From: Eledone cirrhosa
Taxonomy: Eukaryota
Direction of reading: 5' to 3'
Assembly: GCA_964016885.1 (NCBI GenBank)
Contig: OZ024759.1
Location: forward strand, 28,644,001-28,708,000
DNA: 64,000 nt
Of this stretch, positions 1 to 12,214 are shown one piece after another. A program made the position numbers and the translations under genes. Below the pieces are notes generated by a model. It was not told the DNA's origin. It was given only the letters and a program-made list of their open reading frames with translations, and searched no databases. Every line of letters starts with the position of its first letter. The stretch's first letter is position 1.

Positions 1-212
1 TTTGGGGTGGATGGAAGGGCTCACATAAATATACATACATACATGAATAAATATACATACATACATACTTCAATACATACACATACTTACATACAGGACA
101 TGTGCATACATAAATAAATAAATATACATACTTAAATACATACACATACATACAGGATATGTACATACATACATAAATATGCATACTTAAATATATACAC
201 ATACATACAGGA

Positions 213-374
213 CATAATTATCTCACATAATATCAAATCTATGAGATTTTGATATTATTTATTTTAAGAACAATATCTTAACATCAGTATGAGTGGCTGG
301 TTATAGCTGGTTTGAACAAAAAGAGATGAGAAAATTCTGGCCTGATACGGCCGGTTTAAATACTAAAGGGTTAA
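213..374. mobile_element. piggyBac-type (TTAA) MITE, left-truncated copy
   Basis: Ends TACTAAAGGG-TTAA (TTAA 371-374); body matches the full copies at 11938-12147 and 22690-22907. Confidence 0.7.
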
Positions 375-403
375 AGATAGGGTCCCTAGTCATTTGAAAA
401 GAA

Positions 404-510
404 ATGTGAAATGAATCATTTCGTTCAAGGACACAACATGCTGCCCAGTCCAGTAATTGAGCCTACAACCTTATGACCATGAGGACAACACCTTATCCAT
501 TAGGCCACAT
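404..510 (-). mobile_element. degenerate tRNA-head SINE fragment
   Basis: tcaaggacacaac...ttgagcctacaacc...taggccac resembles the reverse complement of the SINE head at 5563-5660. Confidence 0.55.
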
Positions 511-559
511 ACCTTCCCATCATCAAATAGAAACAAATTTCTATATTTTTGTCCCTTAC

Positions 560-682
560 CTTTTATCTGGATCCCTTTTGTAGACTTTGTTCTGAACAGG
601 ATTCTTTAACTCGGAGTACATCTGGGACAGCCTCTCATCCTCATCAGGCTTCTTTAATGGCATCTTGCTATTATGTTTGTTG
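560..682 (-). CDS. internal coding exon of an unidentified host gene (phase 2/2): NKHNSKMPLKKPDEDERLSQMYSELKNPVQNKVYKRDPDK(R)
   Basis: Minus strand reads ttttctccaacAG|exon|GTaagg; 123 bp (multiple of 3), open frame, non-repetitive protein-like composition in repeat-saturated surroundings. Confidence 0.75.
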
Positions 683-720
683 CTGTTGGAGAAAACAATC
701 ATGAGAAATGCATTTTATTA

Positions 721-1817
721 AACCCTTCCATTACCATATCTTGAATATAAACATGTTAACCCTTCCATTTCCATATCTTGAATATAAACATGTTAACCCT
801 TTTGTTACCATATCTTGAATATAAACATGTTAACCCTTCCATTACCATATCTTGAATATAAACACTTTAACCCTTTTGTTACCGTATCTTGAATATAAAC
901 ATGTTAACCCTTCCATTACCATATCTTGAATATAAACATGTTAACCCTTCCATTACCATATCTTGAATATAAACATGTTAACCCTTCCATTACCATATCT
1001 TGAATATAAACATGTTAACCCTTTTGTTACCATATCTTGAATATAAACATGTTAACCCTTCCATTACCATATCTTGAATATAATCACTTTAACCCTTCCA
1101 TTACCATATCTTGAATATAAACATGTTAACCCTTCCATTACCATATCTTGAATATAAACACTTTAACACTTCCATTACCATATCTTGAATATAAACATGT
1201 TAACCCTTCCGTTACCATATCTTGAATATAAACACTTTAACCCTTTTGTTACCGTATCTTGAATATAAACATGTTAACCCTTCCATTACCATATCTTGAA
1301 TATAAACACTTTAACCCTTCCATTACCATATCTTGAATATAAACATGTTAACCCTTCCGTTACCATATCTTGAATATAAACACTTTAACCCTTTTGTTAC
1401 CATATCTTGAATATAAACATGTTAACCCTTCCATTACCATATCTTGAATATAAACACTTTAACCCTTCCATTACCATATCTTGAATATAAACATGTTAAC
1501 CCTTCCGTTACCATATCTTGAATATAAACACTTTAACCCTTTTGTTACCGTATCTTGAATATAAACATGTTAACCCTTCCATTACCATATCTTGAATATA
1601 ATCACTTTAACCCTTTCGTTACATATCTTGAATATAAACACTTTAACCCTTTCGTTACACATCTTGAATATAAACACTTTAACCCTTTTGTTACCATATC
1701 TTGAATATAAACATGTTAACCCTTCCATTACCATATCTTGAATATAATCACTTTAACCCTTTTGTTACATATCTTGAATATAAACACTTTAACCCTTTTG
1801 TTACCATATCTTGAATA
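721..1817 (+). repeat. 37-bp minisatellite, ~30 copies (ttaacccttccattaccatatcttgaatataaacatg)
   Basis: Period 37 measured (aac at 721 and 758); unit variants ccatt/ttgtt and catg/cact. Confidence 0.95.
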
Positions 1818-2145
1818 AAAGGCACTGCCTATGATTTCCAAATAATTTTGAAAATAATCAAAAATATGGAGGAATTTAGTGATATAACTTTCTTCTTATT
1901 AAACTTGTGTTTGGATCATAACATAGGTTCTTATATAAAAGGACAATGGAAGGTTTTTAGATAAATATCAAACACCTTAACTCCTTCGTAACCATGTTTC
2001 TAATGAAAGACACTGATTTTCAAATAATTTTGAAAATAATGAAGAATTTGGAGGGATTTAGTAATATAACTTTCTTCTTATTAAACAAAGGTTCTTACAT
2101 AAAATTATGATGGAAGGTTCTTAGATAAATATAAACATCTTTAAA
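1788..2145 (+). mobile_element. two tandem degenerate copies (~190 bp) of a TTAA-CCC-starting MITE left part
   Basis: 1788-1975 and 1977-2145 share caaataattttgaaaataat...ttagt..tataactttc..cttattaaac...ggttctta...tggaagg; both start at TTAAC(C/T)C. Confidence 0.55.
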
Positions 2146-2425
2146 TAAACAGTTGTGTGTTGTAGAACCAGGGTTAGTATCAAAAGAGTTAAGTCATCAT
2201 AATCACTACCACCATCACTATAATCATGTATGTAGTAGGGTTGTGGGTGATTGTGTAGATGGATGTGTGCACAGATAGATATATCGATAGATAGAGAAAA
2301 GACAGGCAGATAGATAGGCATAGGTGTAGATAGATAGATAGATAGATTGATTGATTGATAGAAGACAAACATAGACAGGGATAGATATAGACAGATAGGC
2401 ATAAATATTGACAGATAGATACATA

Positions 2426-3722
2426 GATATATTTCTTTATTAGCCACAGGGGCACAAAAGAAGGGGACAAATACAAAGGGGGAAGTTTACATACAATAAA
2501 AACGTGACAGATAGATACATAGATAGATAGACAGATAGATACATAGATATCTTTCTTTATTTGCCACAGGGGCACAAAAGAAGGGGACAAATACAAAGAT
2601 ACATAGATAGATTTCTTTATTAGCCACAAGGGCGCAACAAGAAAGGGGACAATACAAAGACATGCCGGGGATTTTACATACAGTCGTGTAAAAAATATAA
2701 AAACAAACAATTTCAACAATCGAAATCCCCAATAGGGGGGAGGCGCCACAAATGGGTTGTTTAATACCCCGTCGATAAAACAACCCTCAACTCCAGGAGT
2801 GTGTTGTGCAAGTGCTCCTTTCTTCCTTTTGCTCTCTTCCTCAACCTACAGGCTTATAAACAGAGAAGGCCCAATCACTCGGGCCATTTTCGCTTCATTC
2901 ACCCACCTTTCAGTAAATTTACTGGGGTGCAGTGCCTCTCTCTCCACCCTGATTCTCCTTCTAAAGTGATACTTAAAGAATGGAATCAATGGCTATGGTG
3001 AAAGAAGTTATATGGTGGACGAGGTTGAGAGGACTGAGGACAGATGCCTTTCTCTCCGGACAACAAAGATACATAGATAGATAGACAGATAGATACATAG
3101 ATATCTTTCTTTATTTGCCACAAGGGCATACAAAAATGGGACATTACAAGACGTGACGGCGGGGGTTTTACATAAAAATCATATAACTTTAACATTAATT
3201 GTTTCTACTTTTGGCACAAGGCCAGCAATTACCCCAGTACATTACTGGTACTTTATTTTATCGACTCCGTAAGGATGAAAGGCAAAGTCAACCTCGGCGG
3301 GATTTGAACTCAGATCGTAAAGGGATGTAACTATGCTGGAAAGCATGGCGTCCGACCCTCTACCGATACTGCCAATACACCACCCTCTTTAACATTAATA
3401 AATAACAATAAACTATATATAATAAAATAACAATTGAAATCCCCAGTAGGGGGGAACGTTACTGCAGGGTTGTTTTACACCCCGTGGATAGAACAACCCT
3501 CAACACCAGGGACACGTTTTGTAGGTGTCCCCGTCTTCCCTCTGTTTACCTTCCTCAACCTCCAGGTTTATATACAGAGAAGGTCCATTCACTCGGACCA
3601 TTTTCGCCACATTCACCCACCTTTCAGCGAATTTACTGGGGTGTAGCACCCCTCTCTCTCCACTCTCACCTTCTTTCTGAAGTGGTACTTAAAGAAGGGG
3701 ATAAGTTGTTGTCCGGAGAGAT
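2426..3722 (-). mobile_element. stack of four 3'-end fragments of Tx1/L1-clade LINEs inside a (GATA)n tract (2426-2506, 2546-2600, 2608-3066, 3098-3722)
   Basis: Each ends ...gtggc(t/a)aataaagaaa-TATCT/TCTATC on the minus strand; 2850-2985 and 3560-3720 encode the ORF2 C-terminus homologous to 62640-62776. Confidence 0.85.
3200..3386 (-). mobile_element. Deu/Nin-domain tRNA-derived SINE with 13-bp TSD, inserted in the Tx1 3' UTR
   Basis: Core gcctttcatcctt.cgg.gtcgataaaataaagtacca on the minus strand; TSD ctttaacattaat at 3187-3199 and 3387-3399. Confidence 0.85.
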
Positions 3723-3977
3723 AGATACATAGACAGATAGATAGATAGACAGATAGATAGATAGATAGATATAGATATGCACAGGTAGGCATAGATATAG
3801 ATAGACAGACAGAGAGGGTGAAGTAGAGCTGTAACAAGAGGTAGAACAATAAGTACAGTACATGTCAACTTCACAGTTGAATAGAGACAGTAATTCAATG
3901 GCTGACATTTTATGAAGCTGAGATGAGAGGAGGGTTGGAGGAGGAGGTGATGCTGTGGGTCAATACCTAACTCCTCC

Positions 3978-4062
3978 TTCATTCTTTAGAAATCATCAGG
4001 AATCTCTGATGATTCCTAAAGAATCAAACAGTTCTAGTCCTGTAGAATCTCATCTATATTAA
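3978..4062. mobile_element. hammerhead family A palindromic remnant (both cores damaged)
   Basis: catcag-gaatct-ctgatga palindrome; plus-strand GAAA changed to CAAA and minus arm truncated. Confidence 0.7.
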
Positions 4063-4386
4063 CGTCTATCTTCCACGCTAGCATGGGTTAGACAGGAATT
4101 GTCCCACTTGAGGCAAGATTGGTCGGGTGACCGTGTCTCACTCGTATGGGACTATCTGGCAGGTTTTCTATGGCTGGATGCCCTTCCTAACACCAACCAC
4201 GTTTACAGTGTGGACTGGGAGGTTTTTACCGTGTTACCTACACGGCCACATTACAGCGTGGACTGTGTTTATTTTTGTCGTGACCCCTACACGACCTCTT
4301 TAGTTTGGACTGGATTTTGTGGTACCAACATAACTATATAAAGAAAGAGGTGGGAGTGGGAGGATGGCGTAGGGGTGGTGGGTTGG

Positions 4387-4442
<56 letters not shown>

Positions 4443-4444
<2 letters not shown>

Positions 4445-4651
4445 AACGAATAGGACCCCGACGGCTGAGCTCAAGCCGTTTCGACGGCTAATTCTGGACT
4501 AAAGTCCTTTTTAGTCCAGAATTAGCCGTCGAAACGGCTTGAGCTCAGCCGTCGGGGTCCTACTCGTTCCTATTACCCACTCTACTACCCTAAGTATTGA
4601 GTACTTTGGTGTGTTATGGTCCACCTGGTTCCTTACCACATTTCATTCGTT
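4443..4651 (+). mobile_element. family B fold-back element in (TA)n
   Basis: ~60-bp inverted arms plus unique 3' tail attacccactctactaccctaagtattgagtac...ttcgtt; flanked by (TA)n. Confidence 0.85.
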
Positions 4652-4758
4652 TTATATATATATATATATATATATAAAGCCAGTATCAGTTCCCGTCCCA
4701 CCCTTGCAAGCAGGGAAAAGCGGACGTAAAATGAAATGATGATGAATGATGATATATA

Positions 4759-4947
4759 CGTTATTCCGGGTTGAATCGGAGGTAACCACAGTAAGTAAGG
4801 TACTCAATACATAGCAGAGTATAACAGTTTTAATATAGATGAGATTCTACAGGACTAGAACTGTTTCATTCATTAGAAATCATCAGGATTCCTGATGATT
4901 TCTAATGAATGAAACAGTTCTAGTCCTGTAGAATCTCATCTATATTA

Positions 4948-4950
<3 letters not shown>
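4759..4950. mobile_element. family A hammerhead fold-back element (long arm minus, short arm plus)
   Basis: ggattc CTGATGA(4892-4898) tttctaatgaat GAAA(4911-4914) cag..ctGTA(4928-4930) gaatct, mirrored on the minus strand; TA-flanked. Confidence 0.85.
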
Positions 4951-4980
<30 letters not shown>

Positions 4981-4983
<3 letters not shown>

Positions 4984-5198
4984 GGATCGATCAACTTTCG
5001 TCAAATCGGAACGAGGAAGCAATGTTTCCATTGGTCTTTCCAATTGCTAATACTATCTATTGGTCGCAACTCCAGGTAGAAGGAGCAACGTGAAATAAAG
5101 TGTCTTGCTCAAGGACATAACGCATCGCCCAGTTCTGGAATCGAACTCACAACCTCACGATTGCGATTCCAATTCTCTAACCACTCAGCCACACGCCC
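4981..5198 (-). mobile_element. tRNA-head SINE (Meta-like gtccttgagcaagacactt domain) with structured 3' tail
   Basis: Reverse complement begins ggcgtgtggctgagtggttagag (A box) ... gagttcgattcc (B box); second copy at 34757-34940. Confidence 0.8.
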
Positions 5199-5522
5199 TA
5201 TAATAAATGTAATCTGAGTTTTTCGAATATTAATAATAATATTCGAGTCGTTTGCAATTATGTAAACAAACCTCATTTTTAAAGCCATGTCAGCAGAATG
5301 AGGGGCTCATTCTGCTGACATGTATATATATAAATCAGGATGGAATCAGTTTGAAACTGGTTAACCCATTACTCAACAGAGTGCTGTTGAAATGGTAAGA
5401 GCTCAGCTGTCGGCTCTCCCCAACTCTTTATAATACAGCTAAAATTCCATTATAACAAATTTTTCAGTATATCAGTATAACAAAATTTTTTTCAATCGAT
5501 TTGTTTCTGTCGAACTCATTAA

Positions 5523-5562
<40 letters not shown>

Positions 5563-5566
<4 letters not shown>

Positions 5567-5856
5567 GTTAGAGCATTGGGCTTGCAATTGAAAGGTTGTG
5601 AGTTCAATTCTCAGACCGGGTGATGTGTTGTTTCCTTGAGCAAGACATTTTATTTCACATTGCTCCAGTTTACTCAGCTGTAGAAATGAGATGATAGGGA
5701 CTGGGGTAAAGTGGTCGTGGGGATGCCATGGCAAAAAAGCACACACAGTACTCACTGTAAATGAGGTTGGTGTTAGGAAGGGCATCCAGCTGTAGAAATC
5801 AAGCCAGAATCAGTTCCCGTCCCTCCCTTGCGGACATAAAATGAAAATGCTGATGA
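5563..5856 (+). mobile_element. tRNA-head SINE with ggttggtgttaggaagggcatccagctgtagaaa tail
   Basis: gtggttagagc...gagttcaattc boxes, ccttgagcaagaca domain, short GAT-type end; homologous copy at 24705-24996 on the minus strand. Confidence 0.8.
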
Positions 5857-5955
5857 TATATATATATAATTTTCAATTTTTGCTGGACCGGCACCCGCTC
5901 TGTGTAATCAGTTCCTGATTATTACTGGAATTCTATAAGAATCCAACATTCATAA

Positions 5956-6047
5956 TTTTCAGCAGGCAAAGGGAGTGCTAAGCTCTGAGGAGTACCAACA
6001 GTACGAAACAGAGATCTGTCAGCTTATCTCCCTTCGTTTGCTGAAAA
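5956..6047 (+). ncRNA. type-I hammerhead ribozyme, canonical core, predicted cleavage after GUC at 6020
   Basis: taagct CTGAGGA(5985-5991) gtac-caaca-gtac GAAA(6005-6008) caga-ga-tctGTC agctta; stem I extends via aagggag/ctccctt and ttttcagca/tgctgaaaa. Confidence 0.9.
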
Positions 6048-6152
6048 AAGAAGTAAGTGACATAGTCACTACTTTAAAACAATAGCGTAAGGGCTTCAAA
6101 ATGCTTTTAATTAAGCATACAGTGTATTGCAAAATACACTGTATATACATTC

Positions 6153-6186
<34 letters not shown>

Positions 6187-6591
6187 ATTTATGTATATTT
6201 ATCATCATCATCATATGTGTGTGTATATATATATATATCTATATATATATATATATATATTACAATTACTCTGTAATAATACATATTAGCTATGAAAATC
6301 ATCAGTTGTCATATATGTGTGTGTGTGACCTGGTCACTAACACCAGTTCACTAAATCCTTTAATGAAGTTAATGATAAAGTAAGAGAATAAATCAATGAA
6401 CCAAAGCAAGGAGAAGGTGGTGGTGATGGGGGTGGTGGTGGTGGTGGTGATGGTGGTGATGGTAATGATGGTGGTGATGGTGGTGGTGGTAATGATGGGG
6501 GGGGTAATGATGGTGGTGGGGTGGAAGTGAAGATGGGGGGGGGGGGGGGACTCAGAACGTGAAGAACCAGCAACTTCAACAATACATGATT

Positions 6592-6656
<65 letters not shown>

Positions 6657-6934
6657 TACAATAGTGATGTTGTTGGTGGTGGTTGTGGTTATGGTTATGA
6701 TAGTAGTAGTGATGATGATGATGATGAAATCTAGTCAGCGCCCTATAATCAGGATGTCAGAAAACCATATATATATATATATATATATGCATGTATATAT
6801 ATATATATATATATATATGCATGTATATATATATATATGCATGTATATATATATATATGCTTATATATATATATATATATATATATATGCATGTATATAT
6901 ATATATATATATATGCTTATATATATATATATGC

Positions 6935-6990
<56 letters not shown>

Positions 6991-7012
6991 TTATATATAT
7001 ATATATATATGC

Positions 7013-7051
<39 letters not shown>

Positions 7052-7174
7052 TATATGTTTATGTAAGGATCTGTATATATATATATATGCAGATCCATAC
7101 ATAAACAAAGAAATCTATATACACATGAATGAATATATACATAATTACACACCATAAACACCTATGTGTGTGTG

Positions 7175-7233
<59 letters not shown>

Positions 7234-7460
7234 TATACATACTTGTATATCATGTACATCATTAGTTCTACATCATCAGTTTAATAACCATTTTCATGCT
7301 GGCATAATTTATACATATGTTAGTATATATACACACTTATGTGTTATGTGTATATATATATGTATATATGTATATATATATGTTGGTGTATATATATGTA
7401 TATATATATGTATGTATATATATATATATATGTGTGTGTGTATATATACATATTTATATA

Positions 7461-7507
<47 letters not shown>

Positions 7508-7520
7508 ATATATACATATT

Positions 7521-7552
<32 letters not shown>

Positions 7553-7708
7553 TATATACATATATATATATGTAAATGTAGATACAAGTACATTTAAGTT
7601 CAAAGATGTGTATGCATAATCAAGCAAATATCAATAGTAACACACACACACACACACACACATGCAAGCACATGCGCAACCACACACACATGCAAGCACA
7701 TGCGCAAC

Positions 7709-7753
<45 letters not shown>

Positions 7754-7794
7754 CATTGTACATACATTAATAATCCATTACTCACAACTACACA

Positions 7795-7846
<52 letters not shown>

Positions 7847-8104
7847 GCAAACTACAACCACCTTGTTAATTCTGACAATGTAGTGGTGGGTGTGGTGGGA
7901 GTGGGAAGTATAGGGATCTCCATCTCCATACCTCCCTTCCCCCCCATCACAGACCCCCACCCTCACCACCACAGACCCCCACCCCCATCACAGACCCCCA
8001 CCCTCACCACCACAGACCCCCACCCCGCTATTTTCTTCCAGTACGACCCTTATTTCAACCTTCTTTGGCAACATAGGGAGTTTGGCTTTTACACTAATCA
8101 GATC

Positions 8105-10140
8105 AACCACCACCACCACTGCTACTACCACCTGCACCACCACCACCACTGCTACTACCATCTGCACCACCACTTCCACTGCTACTACCACCTACACCAC
8201 CACTTCCACTGCTACTACCACCTGCACCACCACCACCACTGCTACTACCACCTACACCACCACCACCACTGCTACTACCACCTGCACCACCACTGCTACT
8301 TCCACTTGCACCACCACCACCACCACTGCTACTACCACTTGCACCACCACCACCACCACCTGCACCACCACCACCACTGCTACTACCACCTGCACCATCA
8401 CAACCACCACTGCTACTACCACCAGCAGCACCACCACCACTGCTACTACCACCTACAGCACCACTACCACTGCTACTAGCACCTACTCCACCACCACCAC
8501 CAACACTACTACTACCACCTGCACCTCCACCACCATCATCATCATCTCCATCAACACTATCACCAACACTACTACTAGCACCTGCACCTCCACCACCATC
8601 ATCATCATCTCCATCAACACTATCACCAGCACCACCACCACCACTGCTACTACCACCTGCACCACCACCACCACTACCACCTGCAGCACCACTACCACTA
8701 GCACCTACTCCAACACTACTACTACCACCTGCACCTCCACCACCATCATCATCATCTCCATCAACACTATCACCAGCACTACTACTACCACCTGCACCTC
8801 CACCACCATCATCATCATCTCCATCAACACTATCACCAGCACTACTACTACCACCTGCACCTCCACCACCATCATCATCATCTCCATCACCACCAACACT
8901 ACTACTACCACCTGCACCACCACCACCATCATCATCATCTCCATCACCACCAACACTACTACTACCACCTGCACCTCCACCACCATCATCATCATCTCCA
9001 TCACCACCAGCACTACTACTACCACCTGCACCACCACCACCATCATCATCATCTCCATCACCACCAACACTACTACTACCACCTGCACCTCCACCACCAT
9101 CATCATCATCTCCATCAACACTATCACCAGCACTACTACTACCACCTGCACCTCCACCACCATCATCATCATCTCCATCACCACCAACACTACTACTACC
9201 ACCTGCACCTCCACCACCATCATCATCATCTCCATCACCACCAACACTACTACTACCACCTGCACCTCCACCACCATCATCATCATCTCCATCACCACCA
9301 GCACTACTACTACCACCTGCACCTCCACCACCATCATCATCATCTCCATCAACACTATCACCAGCACTACTACTACCACCTGCACCTCCACCACCATCAT
9401 CATCATCTCCATCAACACTATCACCAGCACTACTACTACCACCTGCACCTCCACCACCATCATCATCATCTCCATCACCACCAACACTACTACTACCACC
9501 TGCACCTCCACCACCATCATCATCATCTCCATCACCACCAGCACTACTACTACCACCTGCACCTCCACCACCATCATCATCATCTCCATCAACACTATCA
9601 CCAGCACTACTACTACCACCTGCACCTCCACCACCATCATCATCATCTCCATCAACACTATCACCAGCACTACTACTACCACCTGCACCTCCACCACCAT
9701 CATCATCATCTCCATCAACACTATCACCAGCACTACTACTACCACCTGCACCACCACCTTCATCATCATCTCCATCACCACCACCACCAACACTACTACT
9801 ACCACCTGCACCACCACCTTCATCATCATCATCTCCATCAACACTATCACCAACACTACTATTACCACCTACATCATCACCACCACCACCATCAACACCA
9901 CCAACACTACTACTACCACCTGCACCATCACCACTGCCACCATCACCACCACTATCATCTCCATCAACACCATCAACATTAGTACTACCACCACCAACAC
10001 TACTACTACCACCACACCAAACCATAAGCCAACATACCACCACCCATACACCAAAGCACACCAACATACCACCACTACCATCACCAGCATTACAACTACC
10101 ACCACCTGCACCACCACCAACAACACTACTACTACCACCA
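8105..10140 (+). repeat. CAC/CAT/TAC-based minisatellite (units of ~54 and ~63 bp in the core)
   Basis: Repeated cactactactaccacctgcacctccaccaccatcatcatcatctccatca; source of the poly-T, G/D and V ORFs. Confidence 0.9.
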
Positions 10141-10529
10141 CAACATTAACCTCCATACACCCTCCAAGCCCCCACATCCACTACACCAACCGACACCACC
10201 ACCAATTCACTAACCACCACACCAGCCCACACCACCACACTACCATACACCCCCTACCCCCACCACTATCCCCAGTGACCTTCCTTCATCAAGTTCATCA
10301 CCTGCTCCCTAACATCAATCCTTTTAATATTATATATTTACCTCTAATCTCCCACTTCCTCTTCCCACTCCCTGCCTTGCTCTGCTGCACATAAACACCA
10401 CCACCACCACCACCACCACCAATATAACCCCTTATATACTGCAATCTGCCACCAACACCTCTTCTGCACCCTATGACCTCTATGACCAAGAGCTCCTCTC
10501 CCCACCCCCATCACTAATACTGCTACCTA

Positions 10530-10706
10530 CAGTAATCCGGGCTACAACTGTTTCATGTTCGAAATCATCAAATGATTTCAAACAAATGAAACAGTTCTAG
10601 TCCTGTAATAACCATTTCTATATGGAATAAATATGTACCTTCTCTACTAATGTATTGAGTACCTTCTTATTTAATTGTGGTTCTATCTGTTCCTCTTCAG
10701 AAAACC
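10530..10706 (+). mobile_element. diverged family A relative (fold-back hammerhead remnant)
   Basis: aactgtttcat...atgaaacagttctagtcctgta followed by ctctactaatgtattgagtacctt...gtggtt. Confidence 0.6.
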
Positions 10707-10750
10707 ATTATACACACACACACACATACAAATATATATATATATATATA

Positions 10751-10890
10751 GGAACAAGTATGACCCCGACGGCAGAGCTCAAGCCATTTCGACGGCTAAT
10801 TCTGGACTAAATTACCCACTCTACTACCCTAAGTATTGAGTACTTTGGTGCGTTATGGTCCACCTGGTTCCTTACCACACCTTCTTCGTT
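10751..10890 (+). mobile_element. family B element with the right palindromic arm deleted
   Basis: Left arm joined directly to the attacccactc... tail; TA-flanked. Confidence 0.8.
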
Positions 10891-11511
10891 ATATATATAT
10901 ATATTGGTGATAAGAAACTCTCAGGGAGAGCTGGTCAACAGAAGCTCTTCAAAAAAGAATCTCCCCACCACCAGACTCAAGCAAGTGTTTCAGCCTTTAA
11001 CTTCTTACATTCTAATGTGGTTAGGTCAAATCCAGGTCATGACTTAAGTGCCCTGCTACTGATATTTATCCATTCAGATGTCAGAAACTTGTGCATTTAA
11101 ACCAGATGGAGATTTTGGTGACAAGATCTAGTTGGAACTCTTCTCCACTTCCTCTGCCTTCAAACTTATATCTAAACGCTCTCTTGAGTTTGGAAAAATA
11201 ATGTTGGTAGTCATGTTATGTGTATAGTATATAATATCAAGTTTTACTTCGAAGCTGTAGTTACATTTAGGCAACAGCAGTATACATACACAACAAACAC
11301 ACACATATACATATACATATATATACATTCATATCATGTGGCATATAATCCTGTTAAATTAATATCACATTGAATTCAGAAAGCATGAAATGTAATTTGA
11401 TGATATAACATGAAACATCAGTTATAGGTCTCTTCTATGAACAACCCACCAACATATCAACCAACTCCACCATGGCAACAGAAATATCTACCTAGGAAAC
11501 AAAAATTCTCC

Positions 11512-11874
11512 TACTCTCAGGTCTCGAATATTTGCCCCACCCCTGCTTAATTTTTCAGTACACCTCACCTTACTCTTATTCCAACCCCTTATTAAAATTT
11601 CCTAATCTATCTCCGGCGAAATTTTATTTTAAGTGGTAACATTCCTGCGACAATTAATTTTCTTCAGACATTAAAAAAAAACATCACACATGACCAAAAA
11701 AGTACATTACAAGAAATCCCATATGTTATAAAATAAATAGGATGGGTTAGGTTTGGGTCTCAATGTGTAAACTAAACGACTAATTCTGGGGGGGGGGGTT
11801 TAAATCAACGGAGACAACCTAGAAAATTTGCCAATTTTCCAACACCTCGACCCTTTATTTGGGACCCAAGAGTA
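11512..11874. mobile_element. putative Tc1/pogo-type MITE
   Basis: Imperfect TIR tactctcaggtctcgaata / tatttgggacccaagagta with terminal TA. Confidence 0.45.
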
Positions 11875-11937
11875 AGTTTTTCAGAAGATAGAAAACTGGA
11901 AAAATATATTAAATTAATATTTAGTTTGTTTTTTTAA

Positions 11938-12147
11938 CCCTTTAGCATTCACATTATTTTATATATACTATTATATTTTAATGGTAAAGGCTTTACCTCA
12001 CATAAATATCTCACATAATATCGAATCTATGAGATTTTGAAAGTATTTATTTTGAAAACAATACCGTAACATCAGTTTGAGTGACCAGTTACAGCCAGTT
12101 TCAACAGAAAGAGATAGAGAACTCTGACCGGTTTGAACACTAAAGGG
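11938..12147. mobile_element. piggyBac-type MITE
   Basis: TTAA-CCCTTTAGCA ... CACTAAAGGG-TTAA; homologous to 22690-22907. Confidence 0.85.
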
Positions 12148-12214
12148 TTAAAGTAAGTGAATGAATTAAATACTAGAATTTCTGGAGCTGGTGCCAAGGT
12201 TGTACAAATTGTTC

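Noticed and set aside
5120-5198. tRNA gene
   Set aside because: A/B boxes present but it continues into a SINE body with other copies; no intact cloverleaf seen
8082-10394. 770-aa Thr-rich, 654-aa Gly/Asp-rich and 387-aa Val-rich ORFs
   Set aside because: Products of a trinucleotide-based minisatellite open on both strands; no splice or domain evidence
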